This document shows positions 24,317 through 35,337 of a DNA stretch of 64,000 nucleotides, piece by piece. Below the pieces are notes generated by a model. The model made no database searches. It was not told the origin of the DNA and saw only the letters and a program-made list of their open reading frames with translations. The stretch lies in NCBI GenBank assembly GCA_963823665.1, contig CAWGMQ010000006.1:1568001-1632000 (forward strand). Direction: 5' to 3'. The position numbers and the translations under genes were made by a program. The DNA comes from an uncultured Planctomycetota bacterium. GTDB taxonomy: Bacteria; Planctomycetota; Planctomycetia; Isosphaerales; Isosphaeraceae. Every line of letters starts with the position of its first letter. The first letter of the stretch is position 1.

Positions 24317-24447
24317 GGCGTCGTACTCCTGCTTCAAGTTGCTGATCGTGTCAGAAACTTGATCCTAATCTTAATCCTAATCCTAATCCTAATCTTAATC
24401 CCAATCCCGCATTGTTCACGAACTGTCATCCGCAGATCGCCGGTCTC

Positions 24448-24556
24448 TTACTGGCCGGCGGCGATCCAGCCTACGAGGATATCGTAGATTGCGTGCGTGC
24501 CGACGGCGACACGGAAGCCACGGAGGACGAAGACCCAGGCAAAGAAGACACCGGCC
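24448..24556 (-). pseudogene. Displaced duplicate of the last 36 codons of the CPBP gene
   Basis: 100/109 identical to 24645-24753, including the stop codon. Confidence 0.92.
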
Positions 24557-24644
24557 GTCCTGCGAAAGACGAGCAAGATTGAGATTAAGATTGAGATTAA
24601 GATTAGGATTTGCGGCACGGATCGATCGGCCGGATTACCCTTAT

Positions 24645-25463
24645 TTATTGTCCGGCGGCGATCCAGCCTACGAGGATATCGTAGATCGCGTGCGTGCCGA
24701 CGGCGACTCCGAAGCCGCGCAGGACGAAGACCCAGGCGAAGAAGACACCCGCCATCCAGCGGAAGATAAAGGCGAACCAGGTGAACGGCTCGCCGGGCAT
24801 TCCCGCGTGGTGCGCGAGCGCGAACAGCAATGCCGATCCCGTTACCGCGAGCGTGCTGGCCAGAACTTGTGGTGCCTGCAAGAGTCGTAGCACGCCAAAG
24901 AAAACTGGGACGAGGATCAAACGGAACAGGGTCTCTTCATAGACGCCAGCACCGATGTATCCGACCAGCGACGCGACGTACGGCGACTCTTTCACCGGCA
25001 CGAGTGCCAGCACGGCGGTTTCGTGCTGCTCGAGGTAGGAGAAACCGGCGTCGATCAACCGGCTGATTCCGATGAGCATGACCGCCCACACCAAACTTTC
25101 GACGGCCATTCCTGCGAGGATTCCGGGTGAGAATCTCCATTCGCGATAACTCACGACCTGCCATCCCAGGAGGATCACGACGAGCAACAGCGGCAAGAGC
25201 CAGCGGTCGTCGAGGCCTGCGGAGGCGAGCATGCTGCGCATCCAGGTGTCGGCACCGGTGCGGAGCTTGCCGGGAGTCGGTCCTCCCAGCCAGATCACCG
25301 CCCATTCATAGCCGATGACAAGAGGCGCAACCAGAAGGAGCGAGGGAAACGGCCGCCGGGTGGCTGTCCAGTACGACGTCGGCCGCCCGTCGGCGAGCCA
25401 ATCGGCCGTCCTGGCGCCTCGAGCGTTCCAGCGAGTGCGAAGCGGAAGTTTGCGTGATTTCAT
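24645..25463 (-). CDS. CPBP/Abi family intramembrane glutamic endopeptidase
   Basis: EETLFR, FALAHH, HAIYD motifs; multiple TM segments. Confidence 0.9.
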   Translation of the reverse strand: MKSRKLPLRTRWNARGARTADWLADGRPTSYWTATRRPFPSLLLVAPLVIGYEWAVIWLGGPTPGKLRTGADTWMRSMLASAGLDDRWLLPLLLVVILLGWQVVSYREWRFSPGILAGMAVESLVWAVMLIGISRLIDAGFSYLEQHETAVLALVPVKESPYVASLVGYIGAGVYEETLFRLILVPVFFGVLRLLQAPQVLASTLAVTGSALLFALAHHAGMPGEPFTWFAFIFRWMAGVFFAWVFVLRGFGVAVGTHAIYDILVGWIAAGQ

Positions 25464-25770
25464 CTTCTCTTCTGCCGCTGGATCCAGGAGGACGTCCCGG
25501 CGAACACGTGCGCGGGAGGCCGGGCGCTCGAGCGCCTCGCTGGCGCGTCGGGTTGGTGTGTGGAGAACTAATGCTGTTATCTGTTCGCCGGTCCCACGTC
25601 CAGCTCGGCCGTTTCATAATTGTTATCGTTTTCGGCGAGCACGAAAAATACGAAATTGGTCGCTGCCTTGTAGGTCTCCCAGGCGACCGCTAGGATAATC
25701 CGGACACCAAAACTGATCACCCGGACCGGGTTGGGTCGCTGGTCCGACATACTGGGAGGTTCGGCGCATC

Positions 25771-27169
25771 ATGCCGCGGGTTGGTCTGTTTGTCGCGATT
25801 GCTTGCGTGTCCTTGTCTGTATCACTCACCGGATGTTCTGATGCTTTCAATGCCGGTCCGCTCGAGTATGTTGAAAGCGAGGCGATGACCAAGGAGGTCA
25901 CAGGGGGCAAGGCGAACCTCTCGAAGAGCCCGATCATGCGGGAAAAGGTTCGCAAGGCCCTCAAGCGTCTCTACGGCGACTCGCCGCAGCACATCAAGGT
26001 TCCGCCTGGCTCGGGGTTTCCGCTCGGGGGTCTTTACCTGGCGAGCTACGTACAGGAGGGCGAGGGGGGGCAAGCCAAGTATTTCCGGCTTTATGAAGAT
26101 AAGGCCGTCGACGTGCCGACCAAGGTCGCTCATGACAGTTATCCGGCCGCCAAGCCGCAGGCGGGCGGATACAGCCTCTATCGCCGCAACTGCCTGCACT
26201 GCCATGGTGTGTCCGGGGCCGGCGACGGGCCGACCGCACCGTTTCTCTATCCGACGCCGCGCGACTATCGCAAAGGCATCTTCAAGTTCACGTCGACGCC
26301 CAGCGGCAAGCCGCCGCATCGGAGCGACCTGCGGCGCACGATCTCGAACGGCTTGCACGGGACGTCGATGCCGGCGTTTCACTCGCTGATGACGCCCGAC
26401 GGAAATCGAGCAAGTGATCGACTACGTGATTTTCCTGAGCATGCGCGGCGAGTCGGAGACGCTCTTGATCGAGGAAGCATTCACTTCCGACGAGAAAGAT
26501 CCGAATGCGTTGTCGGACGACATTGTCAAGGATATGGTCACGAACGGCGTGTTCAACAAGTGGAAGCTCGCGGAGACCATGCAGAGCAATCCTCCCAGCC
26601 CGCGCACGCCGCCGACTCCCGAAAGCGTTGAGCGCGGGCGGAATCTCTTCCTGGGGCGCACTTCGGAGAAGCTGGAATGCTCCGGTTGCCACGGGGCGCT
26701 GGCGATGGGCGACGGCCCCAGCTTCGCTCCCCAGGAGCTTTTCAACGAGGTGATATTCGGGGGTAACCCCAGCGAGCGCCAGGCGCGATTGGAAGCACAC
26801 CTGGCCGACATGCGATCAGGCAAAGACGAAGCAGAGAAGCTGAAGAACAAAGACAAAGCAGAGAAGCTGAAGGCGCTCTGGGACGCCAAGAATGACGATT
26901 GGGGCAACCCGCTTCGTCCGGCTAATTTGAACCGCGCCGTTTACAAGGGGGGCAGGCGGCCGCTCGACATTTACTGGCGCATCGCCAAAGGGATCAACGG
27001 CGCGCAGATGCCGGCGCATTACCCGTCGCCGCTTCAGGATGAAAAGAAAGTTTGGGACCTGGTGAACTTTGTGCTCGCATTGCCTTATCAGCCAGAGCTT
27101 TTGAGGGATGCCCCCCCTGCCCCGACAACCCCCGCAGCCGTCACCGCATCTCGTGAGCCGGCGCGATGA
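25771..27169 (+). CDS. Di-heme c-type cytochrome, probable lipoprotein (frameshift ~26400)
   Basis: LTGC lipobox; CLHCH and CSGCH with GTSMP/GAQMP axial Met motifs. Confidence 0.88.
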
Positions 27170-27294
27170 GCATGGCTCGCGCGGAGGAAGCCACGCCGCG
27201 CGAGCTTGGGACCGAACGACTGGACAACAGATGAGAATCACGCATTACGGAACGAAATTTGAAATTTTGATCATGATCCTCTAGGGAGTGGGCC

Positions 27295-28116
27295 GTGCGT
27301 TACTGGAGCATCCTGTTCGGGCTTGCCGCCGTTTTCGCCGTCGGCTGCTTCGTCTACTCGCCATTCTCGAGCGACTGGTGGATGCCGGTGGCGGGAACCC
27401 CTCCGCACGTGATCTCGAAGTTCGGCCGCGAAATCGACAGCCTCTACCTCCTGATTCTCTTCATCACCGGCGTCGTCTTCATCGGCACCCAGATCGTCTT
27501 CGTGGTCGCGTGCTACCGTTTTCCGGATGAGCGCGATGCCCAGGGGCGGCCGGTTCGCAAGGCCCAGTACTTCCACGGCAGCCAGAGGCTCGAGGTGATC
27601 TGGACGATTCTCCCGGCCTTCATCCTGGTCTTCATCGCGTTCTACCAGTTGGGAACGTGGACGAGCATCAAGTTCCGCAGCGCCGCTCCGAGGGTGCCGC
27701 CGCTCGCCGAGGTCACGGCACGCCAGTTCCAGTGGGTGATTCGCTATCCGGGCCCCGATGGAAAGTTGAACACGAGGGACGACGTATTCGCCGTGAACGA
27801 CCTGCATTTCGTCAAGGGCAAGCAGGCACTCATCTATTTGAGGTCGTCGGACGTGATCCATTCGTTTTACTTGCCGCACATGAGAATCAAGCAGGACGCG
27901 GTACCTGGTCTCTTGATTCCGGTGTGGTTCGATTCCGACACGGCGGGTGATTTCGAGCTAGTCTGTGCGGAGCTTTGCGGCTGGGGCCATTACAAGATGC
28001 GCGGCAAGGTGAAGGTGCACGAGACTGAAGCTGAGTTCGACAAGTGGATGAGCGAGCAGATTGAAGAGCAGAACCGGAGCCAGCTCAGCATGACCGACGG
28101 TTCGCAAGGGAGATAA
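27295..28116 (+). CDS. coxB: Cytochrome c oxidase subunit II
   Basis: LEVIWT, QFQW, DVIHSF, CAELCGWGHYKM CuA ligands. Confidence 0.95.
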   Translation: MRYWSILFGLAAVFAVGCFVYSPFSSDWWMPVAGTPPHVISKFGREIDSLYLLILFITGVVFIGTQIVFVVACYRFPDERDAQGRPVRKAQYFHGSQRLEVIWTILPAFILVFIAFYQLGTWTSIKFRSAAPRVPPLAEVTARQFQWVIRYPGPDGKLNTRDDVFAVNDLHFVKGKQALIYLRSSDVIHSFYLPHMRIKQDAVPGLLIPVWFDSDTAGDFELVCAELCGWGHYKMRGKVKVHETEAEFDKWMSEQIEEQNRSQLSMTDGSQGR

Positions 28117-28121
28117 GGCGG

Positions 28122-30035
28122 ATGAGTTCTGAACCGACAGGCGGCGGATCGCATGGTTCTGCCCCGGACGACCATGGTCACCAGGGGAGCCATGGTCATT
28201 CGGACGGCAACGGCCACGCCGGAGCGCACGATCACGCCGGCGGCCATGACGAGCACGACCACATTCACCCTGCGCCTTCGACCTTTCTCACCCGCTATGT
28301 CTTCTCGACCGACCACAAGGTCATCGGCATTCAGTTTCTGACCTCGGGCTTGATCTTCTTCGTGATCGGCGGCTTGGCGGCGATGGCCGTTCGCTGGCAG
28401 CTTGCCTGGCCGTGGAAGCCGATGCCGTCTGCTATCGAGACTGCTCTGGTCGGACCCTTCGCATGGCTATCAGATGCCGCCGGAGTTCTACAACAAGCTG
28501 TTCACGATGCACGCCACGATCATGATCTTCTTCGTGGTGATTCCGCTCTTGACCGGGGCCTTCGGCAACTTCCTGATCCCGCTCATGATCGGGGCGCGGG
28601 ACATGGCGTTCCCGAAGCTGAATATGTTCTCCTACTGGTTCATGCCGCCGGCGATGATCTTCATCACGTATTCCTTCTTCGTGGAAGGAGGGTCGGCGGA
28701 AGCCGGCTGGACGAGCTACCCGATCTTGACGATCGCGCGGTGGGCGACTCCCGGGTCGTTGAACGGGCAGACTTTCTGGCTGCTGGCGCTACTTTGCGCC
28801 GGGATCTCGTCGCTGCTGGGGTCGATCAACTACATCACGACGATCGTGATGCTGCGTGCGCCCGGGATGAAGATGTTCCGGATGCCGATGACGGTGTGGG
28901 CCATGTTCATCACGGCGCTTCTTGCAGGCGTTTGCCCTGCCGGTACTGACCTCGGCGCTTGATCATGCAGCTTCTGGACCGGGTGGCCGGGACGAACTTC
29001 TTCAGCCCGGTGGGCTGGACGGTGGCGAATGCACCGCCGGTGGTCGGCGGCGGCGGCCCGATCCTGTTTCAGCACGTGTTCTGGTTTTACTCGCACCCGG
29101 CGGTGTACGTGATGATCCTGCCGGCGATGGGCATGGTCTCGGACATCATCGCGACGTTTTCGCGCAAGCCGCTCTTCGGCTACAAGCCGATGGTCTTCGC
29201 GATCGCCGGGATCGCCGGGCTGGGCTTCATCGTCTGGGGCCACCACATGTTCCAGTCGGGGATGAACCCGGCCTTGGGCGCCACGTTCATGCTGTCGACG
29301 ATGATGATCGCCCTGCCGTCGGCGATCAAGGTGTTCAACTGGCTGGGCACGATCTGGGGGGGCCGACTCCAGTTCACCTCGGCGATGCTCAATGCCCTTG
29401 CGTTCGTGACGATGTTCATCATCGGCGGGCTGTCGGGAATCTTCATGGCGGCGACGCCGGTGGATATCCATATTCACGACACGTACTTCATCGTGGGCCA
29501 CATTCACTACGTGCTTTTCGGCGGCAGCATGTTCGGCATCTTCGGCGCGATCTATTACTGGTTCCCCAAGATGTTCGGGCGAATGATGGATGAGCGGCTG
29601 GGTATCATCCATTTCATCTTGACGTTTATCTTCTTCAATGGAACGTTCTTCCTGATGCACATCATCGGGATGCATGGCCATCCTCGCCGGATTGCCGATC
29701 CCAATACGTATCTCTACCTGCAAGGCGCGGGGATCGTCGGCATGAACCAGTTCATGACCATCAACGCCTTCCTGCTGGGACTGGCGCAGATCATCTTCGG
29801 TTACAACTTCGTGCACAGCATTTTCCTCGGGCCCAAGGCGTCGGAAAACCCCTGGCACGCCAATACGCTTGAGTGGGCGACGAGCTCACCGCCGGCCCAC
29901 TACAACTTCGCGCGGATCCCGACGGTCTATCACGCGCCTTATGAATACAGCGTGCCTGGTGTTGACGAAGATTATCTGCCGCAGACGGTTCCCCGGCCGG
30001 CTTCGGCGGGGCCTCTTGATCCGGTGATGGCGTGA
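28122..30035 (+). CDS. coxA: Cytochrome c oxidase subunit I, A2 type (frameshifts ~28430 and ~28930-28960)
   Basis: STDHKVIG, TMHA, FWFYSHPAVY, VWGHHM, HDTYFIVGHIHY across ORFs 28122, 28402 and 28959. Confidence 0.95.
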
Positions 30036-30050
30036 ATCCGTTTCGCGAGA

Positions 30051-30174
30051 TACCAACCCGAAGCGTCAGCGAGGTGCCATGCCGCGCGTTCGCACTGTCC
30101 ACCGCCGGCACCCCTCGCTTACGCATCCCCTTAGTAAGTGGCAAAGTGTCCCTCGCTCACGCTTCGGGTTAGTG
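30051..30174. repeat. Inverted REP-like pair
   Basis: ACCAACCCGAAGCGTCAGCGAGG ... CCTCGCTCACGCTTCGGGTTAGT; a related half copy lies at ~25535-25562. Confidence 0.75.
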
Positions 30175-30215
30175 TGTGGGGAACTTGATGTGTTCGTTTG
30201 CTTGAAGAAAGTTTG

Positions 30216-31222
30216 ATGACCTTCGAGAAGCCAACCAACTTGTCCGACCCCATTGATGCCCCGTATCGCCGCGTTGCGCACTGGATGGCTCTTGGTGCGG
30301 CCGTCTTCACGTTGCCGCTTCTGTATGTGGGCGGCTCGGTGACGACGTATCGGGTGGGGCTGGCTGTTCCGGACTGGCCGGAGACGTTCGGGATCAACAT
30401 GTTCCTTTTCAACATGTGGGAACATCCGTTCGGCGTTCGGGTCGAGCACAGCCATCGTCTTTACGGGGCTGCGGTCGGGCTGTTCACGCTTGATTCTGGC
30501 CGGCTGGCTGCTCGTCTTCGAGCCGAGGAAATGGATGAAGTGGCTGGGCCTTGCCGCGGTGGCAACGGTGATCGTTCAGGGTGTGCTGGGCGGCACGCGA
30601 GTCACGCAGACATCGACGATTCTGGCAGCCGTTCACGCCTGTGTCGGTCAGGCATTCTTCGCGCTCATGGTAGCACTGTGCGTCTTCACCGGCCGGCGGT
30701 GGCAGAGCCCGGTCGGTACGCGGATCGAATCGGCGTGGCTGAAGCCGCTGGGCTGGGCCATCGTCGCTCTTGGTGCCTGCTCAGATCATGCTGGGAAGCT
30801 GGCTGCGGCATTTTGGGACGTGGCAGGCGCTGGTGAATCACGCGTTCGTCGCGCCGGTCGTTCTGGTGTGCTGTCTGTTTCTGGCATTCGTGGTCGAGCA
30901 GAACAGGGCGAACTGGGCGCCGCTTGTTCCCGCGGCGCGGGCGCTGGGGCTTATGGCCGCTGTTCAGGTTGGGCTGGGAATCGGCTCGTTCATCGCGTTG
31001 CTACCGTTTGACGGACTGGCGAGAACGGTGACGTTTTACCAGGCGGTGACGCGGACGGCGCATCAAACGAGTGGGGCACTGCTGCTGGCGGCGGCGGTGG
31101 TGTTCCAGTTACGATGTCTCCGCCACGTGACGAGCGTGCGGCGGTTCGCGCGGAATGCGGAAGAGTTGGTATCATGTCCCGAGGCGGATCCGGTTGCAAT
31201 CAGTCGGGGGGCATTGGCGTGA
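30216..31222 (+). CDS. ctaA: Heme A synthase COX15/CtaA (frameshifted)
   Basis: GGSVT..GLAVPDWP, EHSHRL, QGVLGG.RV, VHAC, TAHQ. Confidence 0.85.
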
Positions 31223-32165
31223 AGTCGATGGCGTCGGTCGAGCCATTTGGTCTGGCTGCATCGGAGCCCGGGGCCTTTGTGTCGGTATTGGCGAGCCGCG
31301 CCATGGCTTATCTTTCACTCACGAAGCCGCGGCTGGTGGTGCTGGTGCTGGCCACGGTGGCGGCCGGGTTCTTTCTGGGCGCGCGGTGGGAGTTTCGGCC
31401 GGTGGCGGTGATGAGCCTGGCCGCGACGCTCGTGGGAACGGCGCTCGTTGCCGGCGGGGCTGGTGCGCTCAATCAATGGCTTGAACGTGACCGCGACGCC
31501 CTGATGCGGCGGACGGCGGGCCGCGCGTTGCCAAGTGGGAGGATTGCAGCCCGGCACGCGTTGCTTTTCGGCGGGCTGCTCGTTGCGGGCGGGACGGGCG
31601 TGCTGTTGCTGGGCGCGGGCTTGACTGGCGGCGCTGGTCGCATTTCTGACAGCGGTCCTTTATGTGTTCGTCTATACGCCGCTGAAAACGCGAACGACGC
31701 TCAATACGCTGGTCGGCGCGATTCCGGGTGCGTTGCCGCCGCTGATCGGCTGGGCGGCGGCGGCCGGGCGGCTCGGCCCAGAAGCCTGGACGCTGTTTCT
31801 GATCGTGTTTCTCTGGCAGTTCCCGCACTTTCCTGGCGATTGCCTGGATTTATCGGGAGGATTACCGGCGCGCCGGATTTCGCATGCTGACGGCCGAGGA
31901 CGCTGCGGGGACGAAGGACGGGCTGCCAGGCGTTTTCGTATGCACTGGTGCTCGTGCCCGCCGGGTTTGTTGCCCGCGATCATTGGATTGGCGGGCCCGG
32001 TCTACTCGGTCGGGGCGCTCTTGCTGGGGCTGTTTCTATCTGGCCGACGCCGCGCGGTTCTGGCTGGGCGCCAGGGATTCACGGGCCCGGCGGTTGCTCT
32101 ATTCCTCGTTCTTGTATCTGCCGGCGATCCTGATCTTGCTGCTGGTCAATCCGATGCCTTATTGA
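31219..32165 (+). CDS. ctaB: Protoheme IX farnesyltransferase (frameshifted)
   Basis: [50 protein letters not shown]. Confidence 0.92.
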
Positions 32166-32220
32166 CGGGCCGCCCGAGTGGCGGCTGTTTCTGGTCCTGG
32201 ATCGAAGGGTCGATCACACG

Positions 32221-33182
32221 ATGGCTTCCGAGACACACGGTTCGAGTGCACCCGGGCCCTCCGGCGCAGGCGGTGACGCAGCCGTGCCGGCGCATCATGC
32301 GCCGGTCTCGCCGGGCAAGGTGGCGATGTGGCTGTTCCTGGCCACGGAGGTGATGTTCTTCACCGGGTTGATCGGATCGTACATCGTGCTTCGCGCCGGC
32401 AGCGGCCACAATCGGCCTACACGCAACCTCTATTCGCCTGCGCACTCGCTTGCCGGACTGGAAGACACGCACGGCATCTTGCTGAATTCGGCGGGTGCTA
32501 GCCACGACACGGTCGAGCACATCCTGCACACCGAGGCGGGCCTGAACGAAGAAGACGCGAAGAAGCTGATTGAAGAGGCGCATCATTCGAAGGCCTTGAT
32601 CAGCGGGCTGAAGCCCGAGAAGGCCAAGTCGCTGCTGGCGGCAGCTCAAAAACGCCGGGGCGGATGTGCAGGATGAAGAGTTGAAGACGCACAAGTGGCC
32701 CGCGCCGTACGACGAGCTGACCAATCCGCTGGCGATCAATCTGACCGCGATCAATACGTTCATCCTGATCTGCTCGTCGCTGACGATGGTGCTGGCTCTT
32801 GTCGGCGATTCAGGACGGGAAGAAGAAGAAGGGCTCGGCGCTTCTGCTGGCGACCGTGTTGATCGGTTCGTGTTTCTTGTCTGTTCAGGTTTACGAATAT
32901 TATCAGTTGATGGTCGGCCACCATTTCCCGGCGGGGATCAGCGCGACCGGGCACTTCCGGCCGTCCGTGAGTTTATTCGCCTCGTGTTTCTTCACGATGA
33001 CCGGCTTCCACGGGGCGCACGTCACTGGTGGCGTGATCTTGCTGTTCGTCATCTTCATCCGGTCGGCCGTATTCGGCGACTACTCGAGTACCAACTACGC
33101 CCCGGTTGAGCTGGCGGGCCTCTACTGGCACTTCGTCGACCTGGTGTGGATTATCTTGTTCACGATTGTTTACCTGCTTTAA
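32221..33182 (+). CDS. coxC: Cytochrome c oxidase subunit III with inserted soluble domain (frameshifts ~32641, ~32795)
   Basis: [40 protein letters not shown]. Confidence 0.92.
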
Positions 33183-33244
33183 TTCGCGCACGACCGCTCG
33201 TTTGGAGAGCCGGCGGGCTCGCGCCGGTCTGGAGAACCAAGCTC

Positions 33245-33635
33245 ATGGCCGATCTGACAAAGATGACGCCGGGTGAAGATTGCCGAGGAACATCGGACCG
33301 AGGCGCATGCGCCCTACTGGTGGATCTGGTTCTCCTTGCTGGTGCTGACGCTGATCGAGTACTACTATGCGATGTTTGCGCAGAGCGTCTTCCTGTTTCT
33401 GCTCCTAGGCCTGCTCTTCCTGGCGGTGGTCAAGGCGGGGCTCGTGGGTTGGTTCTTCATGCACTTGAAGTTCGAAGGGAACTGGGTCTACATCATGATC
33501 GTGCCGGCATTTGTGCTGGCGACGATCTTTGTGCTGGCGCTCATGCCCGACATGACGCTCAAGGAAAACGCCGACGACGTTCCGATCGAAGAGACGTCGT
33601 ACGAGGTTCCATTTCAAATAACCCGCTCGACGTGA
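33245..33635 (+). CDS. Cytochrome c oxidase subunit IV family protein (frameshift near the start)
   Basis: LLVLTLIE, KAGLV..FFMHLKFE. Confidence 0.85.
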
Positions 33636-33666
33636 TACTCGACAGATCGAGAGCGATCGGCCCAAA

Positions 33667-34966
33667 GTGACCAGGTCATATCGTCTGGGTATACAGATTG
33701 TGCTGGGGGCAATCTTGCTCGCGGCGGCGGGTACGCTGGCGTGGGCGGCTCGCCGCGCTCCCGTGCCTGCGCGCGCTGCCGAGCAGCTTCCGCCCGGGTC
33801 GTTTCCGCTGGGCGAGTTTCGCCTGGTCGAGCGGTCGGGGAGAAACGTTTCAGCAGGCCGATTTCCGAGGGCGCGTCTGGGTCGCCGGGTTCATCTTCAC
33901 GCGGTGTCCGTTGTCGTGCCCGCGGATTTCGAGCGTGATGAAGGACCTTCAGCAGCGATTCGACGGCACGAGCGTGTTGCTGGCGAGCATCACGGTCGAC
34001 CCCGAGTACGACACGCCGGCGGTGCTCACTCAATATGCGCAGAAGTTCGAGGCCCGCCCGGATCGCTGGTGGTTTCTGACCGGTGCCAAGCAGCAGATCC
34101 ACGAGCTGGTGCAGGGCCGGTTCAAGCTCGCGATGCAGGCGGCATCTCCGGCCGAGAAAGCCGCAGGTTCGGAGGCGATCACGCACAGCGATCGGCTCGC
34201 GCTGGTCGAAGATGGCCAGGTCGTCGGTTTTTTCGAGTCAAACAGCGCGGCTTCGCTGGAATCGTTGGTCGCCGTGGCGAGTCGGCGCGCGCTGCCCGCG
34301 TGGGTGCGGTACTTGCCGACGCTCAACGCGAGCTTGAACGGTCTGTGCGCGGTCTTGCTCATCGCCGGCTGGATCTCGATTCGCATGCGAAACACGCCGC
34401 AACGATTGGAGTCAATTGGCTCGGCGGCGACGACTGGCGAGTTGCGTGAACGTCCCGTCGTGCGCGCCCACGTGGCGATCATGCTCACGGCCGTGGGCCT
34501 CTCCGCGCTGTTCTTGACCAGTTACGTGGTCTATCACAGCCAGGCGGGGAGCACCGCATTTCCACACGAGGGGCCGCTTCGGGTTTTGTATTTCACGATC
34601 CTTCTTTCCCATCTCACGCTGGCAATTGCGGTGATTCCGCTCGTGAGCCTGACGTTAATTCGCGCAATTCGCGGTAACTACGCAGGGCATCTTGCCGTTG
34701 CGCAACTGACATTTCCGATCTGGCTGTACGTCTCGGTCACGGGCGTGGTGATCTACGTCATGCTCTACCACCTGCCGATACCGTCGAGCCTGCGAACGGG
34801 GTTAATATCTAAAGCGGTCACGACAAACGACTTGCTGATTGTGCGAGACGGCGTTCGGCGACCTGGCAAACTGTTCGTTCCGACAGCTTTGCGTACGAAC
34901 AGCCGCCGCAATGCGCCCCGCTTGGAGATCATTGCCGCCTATATTTTTACGCGGGTGCGTTTCTAA
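33667..34966 (+). CDS. SCO copper chaperone fused to DUF420 (frameshift ~33850; 3' end uncertain)
   Basis: FIFTRCPLSCP, SITVDPEYDTP, ITHS, then LPTLNASLN...PIWLYVSVTGV in one frame. Confidence 0.85.
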
Positions 34967-35337
34967 GGTCAGCGGCCTGCAATCGTAAGAGAGACAGGAC
35001 GAGCGTGCAGTACCAATTGTGATGGTAGAGCAACATCATCCATGCAAGCAATCATTCGTGTTTTCGCCCGATTTTGTCGCCAATGCAGGAATTCAGCCAT
35101 TCACGCATGCGTCCAAGCAGTTTTTTCTTGACGACGCACATGGGCGCTGCGACGATAATTGGCTGGCTGAGTTTTCGGGCTTGCGGCAGTCCGATGCAGC
35201 CGCGAGCATCGTATACTTACTGACATTCGTAGCAGGCGGGGAGAGTTCACAGCGAGGCGGACGCTTCCGGGACGAGTGCAGATTGAAAGGGAGTGTGGTT
35301 TGGCCACGATGGCGGCCGGCCGAGAGCAGACAGCAGC

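Larger units (their letters stand above)
23865..24610. repeat. Three GATTAG/GATTAA hexamer tracts in alternating orientation
   Basis: 23865-23909 forward, 24364-24408 reverse complement, 24575-24610 forward. Confidence 0.92.

Noticed and set aside
23918..24753. Diversity-generating retroelement (Avd-like gene plus TR/VR pair)
   Set aside because: Mismatches are not adenine-specific but mostly synonymous third positions, and there is no reverse transcriptase in the window.
26380..33860. Programmed ribosomal frameshifting in the oxidase operon
   Set aside because: Too many sites, no consistent slippery motif, and the same pattern occurs in unrelated genes.
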